From Minisyncoccota bacterium (GTDB lineage: Bacteria; Patescibacteriota; Minisyncoccia; UBA6257; JAGOQP01), in NCBI GenBank assembly GCA_041674185.1, contig JBAYWE010000005.1, positions 1 to 62,701 of the forward strand: DNA of 62,701 bases, written 5' to 3'. Shown here piece by piece: positions 28,522 through 37,116 of the stretch. Made by a program: the position numbers and the translations under genes. The notes under the pieces were generated by a model. That model ran no database searches and was not told the DNA's origin. It saw nothing but the letters and a program-made list of their open reading frames with translations. Numbering within the stretch: position 1 is the stretch's first letter; each line of letters starts with the position of its first letter.

Positions 28522-28763
28522 AAAATAATCCCCGTTACCTCAATAACGTAAGTAAAATAGGGCTTTTACACCTATTACAACGAACAAGGAGGATAAGAGT
28601 TTCAATATGACTCAAATTAAGAAAATAGTCAAATAAAGTAATAGGGTGCCCAAAACAGTAGCGCGATCTATCTTTTATGGATATATTACAACTTTTGCCA
28701 AACTATCCCGATTAATAATTGATATCAGGAATCACACCCAGCAAAAAGATCTAAAAGTGATAC

Positions 28764-28912
28764 TGTCGGGCTGCCGGGAAATTTCACAACAAATCTATAT
28801 CGCTATAGATTTGTTTTAGAACCCCTCGGTTTCTAACACTCGCTTCGCTCGTTGTTTTCCTACACGGAAACCTTAGGTTTCCGACCCTTCCTATTTCAAT
28901 TCCTTTGAGTCC
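28764..28912 (-). ncRNA. tRNA-linked element, diverged copy E3
   Basis: Downstream of tRNA-Pro(GGG) and its terminator. Contains ggaattgaa, antisense to the tRNA-Pro T-loop. Contains aacgagcgaagcgagt, similar to the E1 core. Ends in a 17-nt copy of the tRNA 3' end (28764-28780 = 28953-28969). Confidence 0.3.
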
Positions 28913-28945
28913 AATAAAAACAAAAACGCCTCTTTGTGACGTTTT
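28910..28945 (-). terminator. Terminator-like hairpin after tRNA-Pro(GGG)
   Basis: aaaacg / cgtttt stem with a T-run on the minus strand. Confidence 0.4.
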
Positions 28946-28954
28946 TATTTTTTG

Positions 28955-29025
28955 TCGGGCTGCCGGGAATTGAACCCGGGTCGCACCCACCCCAAGGGTG
29001 TATACTGCCGTTATACTACAGCCCG
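28955..29025 (-). tRNA. tRNA-Pro (anticodon GGG)
   Basis: Manual fold: CGGGCTG acceptor, anticodon stem CACCC/GGGTG with loop TTGGGGT, T-arm CCGGGTTCAATTCCCGG. Confidence 0.85.
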
Positions 29026-29067
29026 CTACATCTCATTAAACTACCCCGTTTAATGAGAAAAAACAAA

Positions 29068-29898
29068 TTATCCCAACAGACGCGCTTCATTAATAATACG
29101 CTGTGCTTGACGAACATCAATCATGAGCAATCGAGACAGTGCAGATGAAGTCCATGATAACACATCATGCGCCAACAATATTCCATTTAAGGATGCTTTT
29201 TCAACCATGGAGAGAGGGAATGAAGGAATAATGGTTATAGGATATAGTCTTTTTGATTCAATAAAATAATCTAACCCAGCTCCCTCTGGATATCTCCACG
29301 CGATAATACGAATTCCCACACACTCTCCATATGCGATAGCCTCAGAAGTAGGACGGGTATTTGTAATGAGCCATCCCTGATGAATCTCATTCTCTTTTTC
29401 AGACAATTCCCACGCTGATTTGATATCTAAAAATCGACTGTGTGTATAAAGAGTCACTTTCACATCCGAACGCACACCCATTTGATTATGATATTTACAC
29501 TCAATCATATAGTGTTTATTGTCTTTGCGCGCAAGTACATCAACTTCATGTGAAACACATTTTCCCTGCACTATTTGTGCAACACGGACCTCATATCCAT
29601 GCTCTTGAAAAATACGGCCCACAAATGACTCAAATACATGTCCTGCAGGACCTAAATTCATAATAGCCCGTTTTAATGAATACCGCTGTGCAATTCCTTT
29701 ATCTAATTTCCAAAGAGTATTAAACACCTTGTTATATAATATATGAGAAGTAACTTTCTGGTTTTCTTTTGGACGTACTGATGCAAGAGTATGAGAAATA
29801 AGTTTTCGCGATGCACCCGCGCGACGCAATGATTCGGCAAGTTTTTTTTCGTTAAACGACTCAACTTCCCCCGAAGCTTTTATAAGACGTGGTTTCAT
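29068..29898 (-). CDS. ATP-cone domain fused to a PD-(D/E)xK (Mrr-like) restriction endonuclease domain
   Basis: The start at MKPRLIKASGEVESFNEKKL is ATP-cone-like. The nuclease core is HEVDVLA...YMIECKYH. The ORF-track start at 30003 would read through an upstream GC hairpin. Confidence 0.65.
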   Translation of the reverse strand: MKPRLIKASGEVESFNEKKLAESLRRAGASRKLISHTLASVRPKENQKVTSHILYNKVFNTLWKLDKGIAQRYSLKRAIMNLGPAGHVFESFVGRIFQEHGYEVRVAQIVQGKCVSHEVDVLARKDNKHYMIECKYHNQMGVRSDVKVTLYTHSRFLDIKSAWELSEKENEIHQGWLITNTRPTSEAIAYGECVGIRIIAWRYPEGAGLDYFIESKRLYPITIIPSFPLSMVEKASLNGILLAHDVLSWTSSALSRLLMIDVRQAQRIINEARLLG

Positions 29899-30036
29899 AT
29901 CTATAAGTATAAACCATGCCCCGTAGTGAAGCAACGCTCCACTACGGGGGGGGTAAAAGGAAAAGGGTAAAGAACTTATAACAATAAAAAATCTCATACC
30001 CATGAGATTTTTACAAAATATTTATAAAATAAAAAA

Positions 30037-30225
30037 TTATTTAGCATCTTTCGCCATACGCTTGATACATTTTGTGCACGCAACAATACGCGATCCTTTT
30101 GCGTCTTTTGTTTTTTGTAAATTAGGAAATTTGCGAGACCAATTCGTAGGATTATAATTACCACGCAACTTAATGCGTGTACCTCCCATTTGTGATCCTT
30201 TGTCGCATATTGAACAGGTTTTCAT
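30037..30225 (-). CDS. rpmB: 50S ribosomal protein L28
   Basis: 62 aa. MKTCSICDKGSQMGGTRIKLRGNYNPT... is typical of L28. Confidence 0.9.
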   Translation of the reverse strand: MKTCSICDKGSQMGGTRIKLRGNYNPTNWSRKFPNLQKTKDAKGSRIVACTKCIKRMAKDAK

Positions 30226-30255
30226 AATATAGATTAAGAAGATAAAGAATTTTAA

Positions 30256-30380
30256 AGAGCCCTACTGAAAGTTTTTCCCGACTGTACGTCAGGTGGGTGG
30301 ACTCATATACATACCACGGTACATATAAATTCGTCCTCCCAAACTTGTATATTTAGTTCGGAAAAATATAGTAGGACTCT
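30256..30380 (-). ncRNA. Candidate rod-like structured RNA upstream of rpmB (6S-like architecture or rpmB leader)
   Basis: An 11-bp closing stem, a further helix, a large internal loop and an apical 8-bp hairpin. Three positions pair as G-U only in the minus-sense transcript. Confidence 0.3.
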
Positions 30381-30418
30381 CCTTGGAAGATACCGTATCA
30401 AGACCAAAAAGTCAAATA

Positions 30419-31492
30419 TTATCCCAATTTCTCAGCAATCTGGTGTAATAATGAGACAACAATAGGAGCGGGAAATAAACTGTATGATTCAATACCATTT
30501 TCATCTAATGCAGTCCATGGCTTTTCATCAGTAATTACCTTTTGATTTGTTTCATCCCAGGTATAAAAATATCCTGGGGTAATTTCATAGTCAGCGAGAT
30601 GAGTAGAAGCTTCGTGGACAGGGTATGCATTACGAAGATATATTTTTGAAACACCATCCATATCTAACAAGGAACGCATAATAGTATCATCCAATTCGAT
30701 GCGATCTCGTATTGCTTCAATTCCAAGACTATCCCCTTCTTTAGGAATCATACGAGCCTTATTACATGCAGGATCATCACACATAAGATAAAACTCTTTT
30801 GTTTCAATGTCATACCCAACATCTTTTGTTTTTAATAAACGTGGATTACGAGGTGCATGACAAATAGGACAAATCACTCGGTATTTCATACGCTCGTCAA
30901 TAATACTTTCGGGAACATCAATAAACACAAAAAAATCTGGATCATCTTTAAAACCCATAATCTGACGAAAATATAATGAATACGAAATTTGATCCAGATT
31001 GCGAGGAAATCCATCTATAAAAATTGCTTTACCCTTTATGTTTTCAATCTTACGGCGGAGAAGTGCAAGGATTAATTCAGTAGGTAATAGAAATTGAGTT
31101 GAACGAGATTTAATGGCATCAAATGCCTCTTGCAACGGGACAGAAGAGCGGTAATGTTTTTCAAGATACACAACAAGTTCTTTCTGTTGTTCTTCATCAC
31201 GTACAATAGTATCCAATTCACGAACCATATCTCCAACTGAAATATGAAGCACACGCTCTTTACCAACAGCTTCTGCAAACAATTTTGAATATGTCCCCTT
31301 CCCCGAATTTTTCTTTCCAAGAAGAATAGCTAAAAACGTATTCCCCTCATCTAAATATTCCCGTATTTTTTCAACATCTGATTGTGCTTTTAGAGTAAAA
31401 TACTCTTTACGTCCCGCGGGGTCTTCTAGATTAAACCGCTCAGATTCAACATCAAGTTTGGTCTTAAATAACGGAAAAGATACTCCTTTCAT
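30419..31492 (-). CDS. Adenylate kinase-like NMP kinase with N- and C-terminal extensions
   Basis: 357 aa. P-loop GKKNSGKGT, IDGFPRN motif, Cys4 LID (CPIC...CDDPAC). Confidence 0.6.
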   Translation of the reverse strand: MKGVSFPLFKTKLDVESERFNLEDPAGRKEYFTLKAQSDVEKIREYLDEGNTFLAILLGKKNSGKGTYSKLFAEAVGKERVLHISVGDMVRELDTIVRDEEQQKELVVYLEKHYRSSVPLQEAFDAIKSRSTQFLLPTELILALLRRKIENIKGKAIFIDGFPRNLDQISYSLYFRQIMGFKDDPDFFVFIDVPESIIDERMKYRVICPICHAPRNPRLLKTKDVGYDIETKEFYLMCDDPACNKARMIPKEGDSLGIEAIRDRIELDDTIMRSLLDMDGVSKIYLRNAYPVHEASTHLADYEITPGYFYTWDETNQKVITDEKPWTALDENGIESYSLFPAPIVVSLLHQIAEKLG

Positions 31493-31531
31493 AATATGGA
31501 TTTTAATAATTAGTAAATAATATAAGTCAAT

Positions 31532-32932
31532 CTACACTTTTTTAGTGCGAATATCAATATGTAATTCCTGTAACTGTTTGGGATCAAGTTCAGAGGGGGC
31601 GCTCATCATAAGATCGCGCGCATCCCCTGTTTTTGGAAATGGAATCACTTCCCGAATGTTTGGTTCATTCTGAAGAATGGCTAATAATCTATCAAGCCCC
31701 CATGCAATTCCCCCATGAGAAGGAGTGCCATAGGAGAATGCTTCTAACATATGTCCAAAATTTTTCTGAATCGTTTCTGATCCATACCCCATAATCTCAA
31801 AAACACGACTAAGCACCTGAGGATTATGTGCGCGAATACTTCCACCTCCAATTTCAAATCCATTCAAAGCAATATCATATTGTGTGGTAAGAATATCTCC
31901 GATACGTTCCTTTTGCATAAGCAATTCAAGATGTTCAGGTTTGGGTTGTGAAAATGGATTATGAGTAAAGGTCCACCCCCCTTCTTCTGTTTTTTCAAAA
32001 AAAGGAAAATCAACTACCCAACAAAATGCCAATAAATTCTTATCTTCTTGGTTTTCTCTTAAATCAGGTCTATCGGTTCCATATTTTTCCATTGCTTCCT
32101 TATAGGTGATGCGAGGAAAAGGAACTTGTTGAATCTTCTTTTCTGGAAAAACTGTTTGTACTAATGTAATAAGTAATTTTTCATTTAATTGCATAACATC
32201 TTCACGTTCAACAAAAGACATTTCTAAATCCATCTGAGTAAATTCGGGCTGTCTATCTCCACGCGTATCTTCATCACGAAAACAACGAGCAATTTGAAAA
32301 TATTTTTCAACACCACTCGCCATAAGTAATTGTTTATACTGTTGGGGAGACTGAGGAAGTGCATAAAAAGAACCCGTATATAATCGTGACGGAACCACAT
32401 AATCACGAGCACCTTCTGGAGTTGATTTTGTAAGAATGGGAGTTTCTACTTCATAGAATCCTTCAGTATCCAGATAATCACGAATAAATTTTATCACTCG
32501 ATGACGAATCCCAAGATTCTTTTGTAAACGAGGACGACGCAAATCAAGATACTTATATTTCATACGCACCTCCTCATCAATTTCATACCCATCTCCTTCC
32601 AAAGGAAACGGGGGGGTTTGAGATTCATTTATAATAATTAACTCTTTTACATCAACCTCAACAGTTCCTGTAGATAACTCAGGATTTATCATATTTTCAG
32701 GACGTTTCTTTATAAAACCCTGTATCTGAATAACCCACTCACTGCGAAGTTTTTGAGCCTGTGCATATATATCTTCTCCAGACCAGGGGCCAAACACCAC
32801 CTGACACACACCACTACGGTCACGCAAATCAATAAAAATAAGCTTCCCATGATCTCGTCGATTGGAAACCCATCCTGAGAGGGGTACTGTTTCATCAACC
32901 TTATTTACAATATCTTTTATCCATGTCTTCAT
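31532..32932 (-). CDS. aspS: Aspartyl-tRNA synthetase (short form, no bacterial insertion domain)
   Basis: 466 aa. OB-fold N-terminus (RDHGKLIFIDLRD). Class II motifs (FRDED, GGGSIR). Confidence 0.9.
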   Translation of the reverse strand: MKTWIKDIVNKVDETVPLSGWVSNRRDHGKLIFIDLRDRSGVCQVVFGPWSGEDIYAQAQKLRSEWVIQIQGFIKKRPENMINPELSTGTVEVDVKELIIINESQTPPFPLEGDGYEIDEEVRMKYKYLDLRRPRLQKNLGIRHRVIKFIRDYLDTEGFYEVETPILTKSTPEGARDYVVPSRLYTGSFYALPQSPQQYKQLLMASGVEKYFQIARCFRDEDTRGDRQPEFTQMDLEMSFVEREDVMQLNEKLLITLVQTVFPEKKIQQVPFPRITYKEAMEKYGTDRPDLRENQEDKNLLAFCWVVDFPFFEKTEEGGWTFTHNPFSQPKPEHLELLMQKERIGDILTTQYDIALNGFEIGGGSIRAHNPQVLSRVFEIMGYGSETIQKNFGHMLEAFSYGTPSHGGIAWGLDRLLAILQNEPNIREVIPFPKTGDARDLMMSAPSELDPKQLQELHIDIRTKKV

Positions 32933-33076
32933 GAATATAAGATACCTGAAAAAAGTAAAAAAATAAACCCAATAGTGAGGTTCACTTATTGCATAACAAT
33001 ATACTATGAAATACGCGAACTTCCCTGCCTACCGACAGGCAAGTACTATCTGGAAAATAATGCTATACAAATAGAT

Positions 33077-33919
33077 CTATAATTTTAGGAAAGAGGTCTG
33101 TATCGTATCCTGTTTAAAAATAACTTTTATAATTCCTTCCTGATCTGTACGAAATACACGACTTCCCGCCTGAATAAGGCGAGTAAGTGCTTCTTGAGTG
33201 GGGTGTCCATAAGAATTTTTTCCCACCCCAATAACAGAAAGAGCCGGAGAGACGACGCGTAAAAATTCGTTTGAGGAAGAATTTTTTGATCCATGATGAG
33301 CTACTTTAAGCACATCACAATTTAATTGATTTGTATATTGATTGAGTAGTTGTTTCTCTGCACGAAATCCTATATCAGCGGTAAATAACGCACAAGCATG
33401 GGGAGTAGCGAAATGAAGCACCAGAGAATCATCATTTAACGTACTCTGAGAAGGAATTTTTTGTTCTAAAGATAAAACAGTAAAAATAGATTGAGCATAC
33501 GAAAGAGTATCTCTTGTATCTATCTTCATAATAGGGACAGCATATTCATGCGCACGATCAAATAATTGTGCTAATAAAGGAGTTACTTCTCCTTGATATA
33601 AAAGCGCTCCAACCGAATGAGAAGAAATAACATCGAATAAACCCCCTATATGATCTAACTGCCCATGTGAAACAAATATCACATCAATATGAACTCCCGC
33701 ACCCAGTACACGATCGAGAGAATCAAGAACACTTTTATGAGGGCCACCATCAATAAGAATCGACGTTTTTCCTATGCGGACCAATTGCGCATCCCCTTGC
33801 CCCACCGGTAAGAAATACAACTCCGGATCCTGAGGTGCGATATAAAAATAAACCCGACACCAAAGAGATATCGCTCCACAAAACAATATAATAAAAATAA
33901 TTTTTATAGAACCAGACAT
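33077..33919 (-). CDS. Membrane-anchored metallo-beta-lactamase-fold protein corresponding to the ComEC C-terminal domain
   Basis: 280 aa. N-terminal TM. SHGQLDHIGG and VAHHGS motifs. Confidence 0.75.
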   Translation of the reverse strand: MSGSIKIIFIILFCGAISLWCRVYFYIAPQDPELYFLPVGQGDAQLVRIGKTSILIDGGPHKSVLDSLDRVLGAGVHIDVIFVSHGQLDHIGGLFDVISSHSVGALLYQGEVTPLLAQLFDRAHEYAVPIMKIDTRDTLSYAQSIFTVLSLEQKIPSQSTLNDDSLVLHFATPHACALFTADIGFRAEKQLLNQYTNQLNCDVLKVAHHGSKNSSSNEFLRVVSPALSVIGVGKNSYGHPTQEALTRLIQAGSRVFRTDQEGIIKVIFKQDTIQTSFLKL

Positions 33920-33985
33920 ATTAAAAAATTACCAGTACCCAATATCTAATTTTTAAAAGACATACCAAAACATAAAAATTCAAAA

Positions 33986-35434
33986 TTAATTCATTGTATA
34001 TAATACTTCTTTATTTCTTAATTTTTTATATTTTATCATGATTCCTATTAATACCAGATACGCTCCCATAACCACTCCTAATGACACCTGATGAGTTACA
34101 AATCCAAATTGTGCTCCGAGGTGAATAATCCATAAGAAAAAAGAGAGGATGGGACGAACCACAAAAGAAAGAAGCCATCCGAATGGTAAAAATAAAAATC
34201 CCCCCAATGCAACACAAAAAGATAGCCCCATCGCCACAGGAACAAGAGGAAGAAGAATAATATTAGTGATAACCCCAGAAAGAGAAACTCCCCCAAACCA
34301 ATACAATAATAACGGCGCAACAGCAATCTGCGCTCCCACAGTTTCAGAAAATGCCCTTGCCCACACAAATGAAATCCAAGAGATAGATTGCAACCAATAT
34401 AATAAAATGGGGCCAATGTACGACATTCCCCACAAAGAGATGAATGAGAGAATAAATCCAATATTAAAAACAAAGGAGAGCGGATTAAAAAGAATCATAA
34501 CCCACGCTGTTGCCGCCATAGCATGCGCAAAATTATATACCCGAGACAAACGCTCTGCGACTAATAGAAGTGAGCCCATAATAGCCGCGCGTACGACTGA
34601 TGCTTCGGCTCCCGTCATAAGGACAAACAATATAACCCCCATCATCATGAAAAGAAACGACTTCTTACGAGATATCCAAAATCCAACAATGCCGTACAAC
34701 ACCTGAATCACAATTGAAATATTATATCCGGAAAGTGCCACGAGATGTGTTGTGCCACTTTGCTTCATATCATTTTTTAAAGAAGAAGAGAACGATGCGC
34801 TCTGTTGACCCAAAAGCAATCCGGAGGCGAGGGCCCCTTGATCACGTGAAAATACATTTCTAAAAATTCCCCCCACCCTGTCACGAACAGAATAAAGCGT
34901 TCGCAAAAAAGAAAAAGAAGTGGAACGAGTAATTGACTCCACCCGCCCAAAAGAAAGTGTGCCCACAACTCCTTCTTGCTTCAAATATTGGGTAGTACTT
35001 GAGAGTGACTCAACAATACCTGTAATGCGAAGTGTATCCGCATATTGCACGGCATATACAGGTGGAACACGCACAGAGATAACATCATTCTCCGTCGTTT
35101 TTAAGAGAAAAGATTGTGATGCATCAAACGCGCGTGGATACGAAACAATTTCTCCACTATATGTGGATTGGACACCAAAAAGAACCTGCGGTGGAGAGGG
35201 GGTGTGGTTTGATTGATACCACAAAGCATATCCAGAACCACACAAAATAAACAAACAAAAAAATCCACGCCAAAACCACGCACGATAATTAGTAAATACT
35301 CCCAAAAAAATAAAAACGATTCCCGCAAGAATCGTCGCACACACGATATAATAAAATGGAATACCCGTCGCCACACATCCCGCCCCCACAATTGATAATA
35401 CAAAAAACCAAAATGCAAGTTGAGAAAGATGCAT
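33986..35434 (-). CDS. comEC: ComEC/Rec2 DNA internalisation channel (DUF4131 plus competence domain)
   Basis: 482 aa polytopic protein with the GTTHLVALSGYNISIV motif. Confidence 0.8.
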   Translation of the reverse strand: MHLSQLAFWFFVLSIVGAGCVATGIPFYYIVCATILAGIVFIFLGVFTNYRAWFWRGFFCLFILCGSGYALWYQSNHTPSPPQVLFGVQSTYSGEIVSYPRAFDASQSFLLKTTENDVISVRVPPVYAVQYADTLRITGIVESLSSTTQYLKQEGVVGTLSFGRVESITRSTSFSFLRTLYSVRDRVGGIFRNVFSRDQGALASGLLLGQQSASFSSSLKNDMKQSGTTHLVALSGYNISIVIQVLYGIVGFWISRKKSFLFMMMGVILFVLMTGAEASVVRAAIMGSLLLVAERLSRVYNFAHAMAATAWVMILFNPLSFVFNIGFILSFISLWGMSYIGPILLYWLQSISWISFVWARAFSETVGAQIAVAPLLLYWFGGVSLSGVITNIILLPLVPVAMGLSFCVALGGFLFLPFGWLLSFVVRPILSFFLWIIHLGAQFGFVTHQVSLGVVMGAYLVLIGIMIKYKKLRNKEVLYTMN

Positions 35435-35543
35435 AGATATTGCAAAATTATAGAATAATATTCATTGTATCTATAAACATTCACCCAGTAGTGAATTTTT
35501 AGTGCAAGAACTTGCGTAGCAAATAAAAATTCTACTATCTGGG

Positions 35544-36071
35544 TCAAAACTCAAATCCCACTTGCGCTTTTTTCCCTTTATGAAAGGGATGCTTTATTTC
35601 TTTCATTTCTGTCGCTAAATCAGCGGCGCGAATGAAACTCATAGGCGCATATCGCCCACTCAATATAATAATTTTATCACGGGGCATTTGTTTCACAATC
35701 TTCAGCACCACAGAGGGTTTTACTAATTTCAGAGAAACGGCCACGTTTACTTCATCCAAAACAATAAGATTATATCTTTTCGAAGTAATCGCCTTCTTCG
35801 CACGGTCAAGTAATTTTTCAGCCGCATGCTTATGTGTTGTAAACGGAAGCGTATCATTTAAAATTCCTACGAATCCTTTTCCGCCGCGCACTATTTCTAT
35901 ATTCTTTTTTAATTCTGAATGAGTATCAATAAATTTATGTTCTCCAGAAATCCACGGACCCTTAATAAACTGAAGCATAAGCGTACGTTTCCCCTGTCCG
36001 GCAGCACGCATCATATGTCCAAGACACGAAGTTGTTTTCCCTTTACCATTACCCGTAAAGACAACGATCAT
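35544..36071 (-). CDS. CobA/CobO/BtuR-family corrinoid adenosyltransferase-like P-loop protein
   Basis: 175 aa. VFTGNGKGKTTSCLG...LQFIKG...LDE. Confidence 0.7.
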   Translation of the reverse strand: MIVVFTGNGKGKTTSCLGHMMRAAGQGKRTLMLQFIKGPWISGEHKFIDTHSELKKNIEIVRGGKGFVGILNDTLPFTTHKHAAEKLLDRAKKAITSKRYNLIVLDEVNVAVSLKLVKPSVVLKIVKQMPRDKIIILSGRYAPMSFIRAADLATEMKEIKHPFHKGKKAQVGFEF

Positions 36072-36085
36072 AGAAATAAATTTTT

Positions 36086-37084
36086 CTAATTAAGATGAGT
36101 AATTTTTATAGCGCACTCTCTCCAGCGTTTTTGTGTAAGAAATTGTTTTTTCGTAAGAATACCTTCGGTAGCACCAAGATGTTCTACTACTGATGCCGCA
36201 TTTGCGAGACCACGACGAAGTGCATACATCATTTCATCTTCAGTACACATTCCTTTTCCATATCGTGCATTTGATTCCAAAAGTCCCATAATAAATCCGC
36301 TTCCAAAAGCATCTCCCGCTCCTGTTTCATCAACAACATGAGCCCGAAAAGCAGCACTTGCAAACATACGAGAACCATCAGATACCAATGCTCCTCGATC
36401 ACCATCAGTCATAACCGCAATACCGCGAATCATCTGATCAAGTTCTATAAAAAGTTTATTAGTATGTACAGCTTTAATTCCTGTCAACAAAGTAGCCTCA
36501 GCGCGATTCATAATAACCACATCACTCATATTTAAAATAGGAGCAAGCGCTTCTTTCCCCCGTGTGAGCAACTGAGCCGAAGGACTCAGTGCAATAGAAA
36601 TACCAGCTTTCCGCAACAAACGTAAAGATTTTTCAATAACCATAATAGGAAGAGACCCTGTAACGACATACGCCCAGGCAACATCTGATAAATCTTTTGT
36701 GGGAATAGAAGCAAAAGAAAAAGAAGAAAGAGCTCCATGCGAAACAAGCACGGTACGCTCCCCATCAGAAGATACTAATTCAAATGCAATTCCTGTAGGT
36801 TGCTTATGAGAAATAGTCACCTGAGGAATAATTCCCTCAGCTCGAATATTATTCTCTAAAAATGAACCCGCGGCATCAGATCCCCACTGAGAAGCGAGTA
36901 TAACCGATCTTCCTGCACGAGCACAGGTTACCGCCGCATTCAAAGCACCTCCTCCTGCACGCATGATAGGCGCTGGTATTTCATACTTTTTCCCTTTTTC
37001 AAAAGTAAGCGTATTTCTTTTTGCGGGTACTGATACAGGAATAATATAATCAACCGTTGCGGTTCCGATAGTAAGAATCTTCAT
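36086..37084 (-). CDS. PfkB-family carbohydrate kinase
   Basis: 332 aa. GGGALNAA N-terminal motif and DETGAGDAF signature. Confidence 0.75.
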   Translation of the reverse strand: MKILTIGTATVDYIIPVSVPAKRNTLTFEKGKKYEIPAPIMRAGGGALNAAVTCARAGRSVILASQWGSDAAGSFLENNIRAEGIIPQVTISHKQPTGIAFELVSSDGERTVLVSHGALSSFSFASIPTKDLSDVAWAYVVTGSLPIMVIEKSLRLLRKAGISIALSPSAQLLTRGKEALAPILNMSDVVIMNRAEATLLTGIKAVHTNKLFIELDQMIRGIAVMTDGDRGALVSDGSRMFASAAFRAHVVDETGAGDAFGSGFIMGLLESNARYGKGMCTEDEMMYALRRGLANAASVVEHLGATEGILTKKQFLTQKRWRECAIKITHLN

Positions 37085-37116
37085 AGATGAGTGGTTAGTT
37101 TCTAGGGGTTATTAAT

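Noticed and set aside
28580-28640. A 9-codon ORF (MTQIKKIVK) with an AAGGAGG upstream, in the spacer before the ABC exporter.
   Set aside because: It is too short to support, the spacing to the SD-like string is long, and nothing indicates conservation.
29899-30003. The longer start (30003) for the ATP-cone nuclease ORF.
   Set aside because: The extension (MGMRFFIVISSLPFSFYPPRSG...) reads through a 10-bp GC hairpin and the homopolymer tract. The ATP-cone consensus begins at the internal Met (29898).
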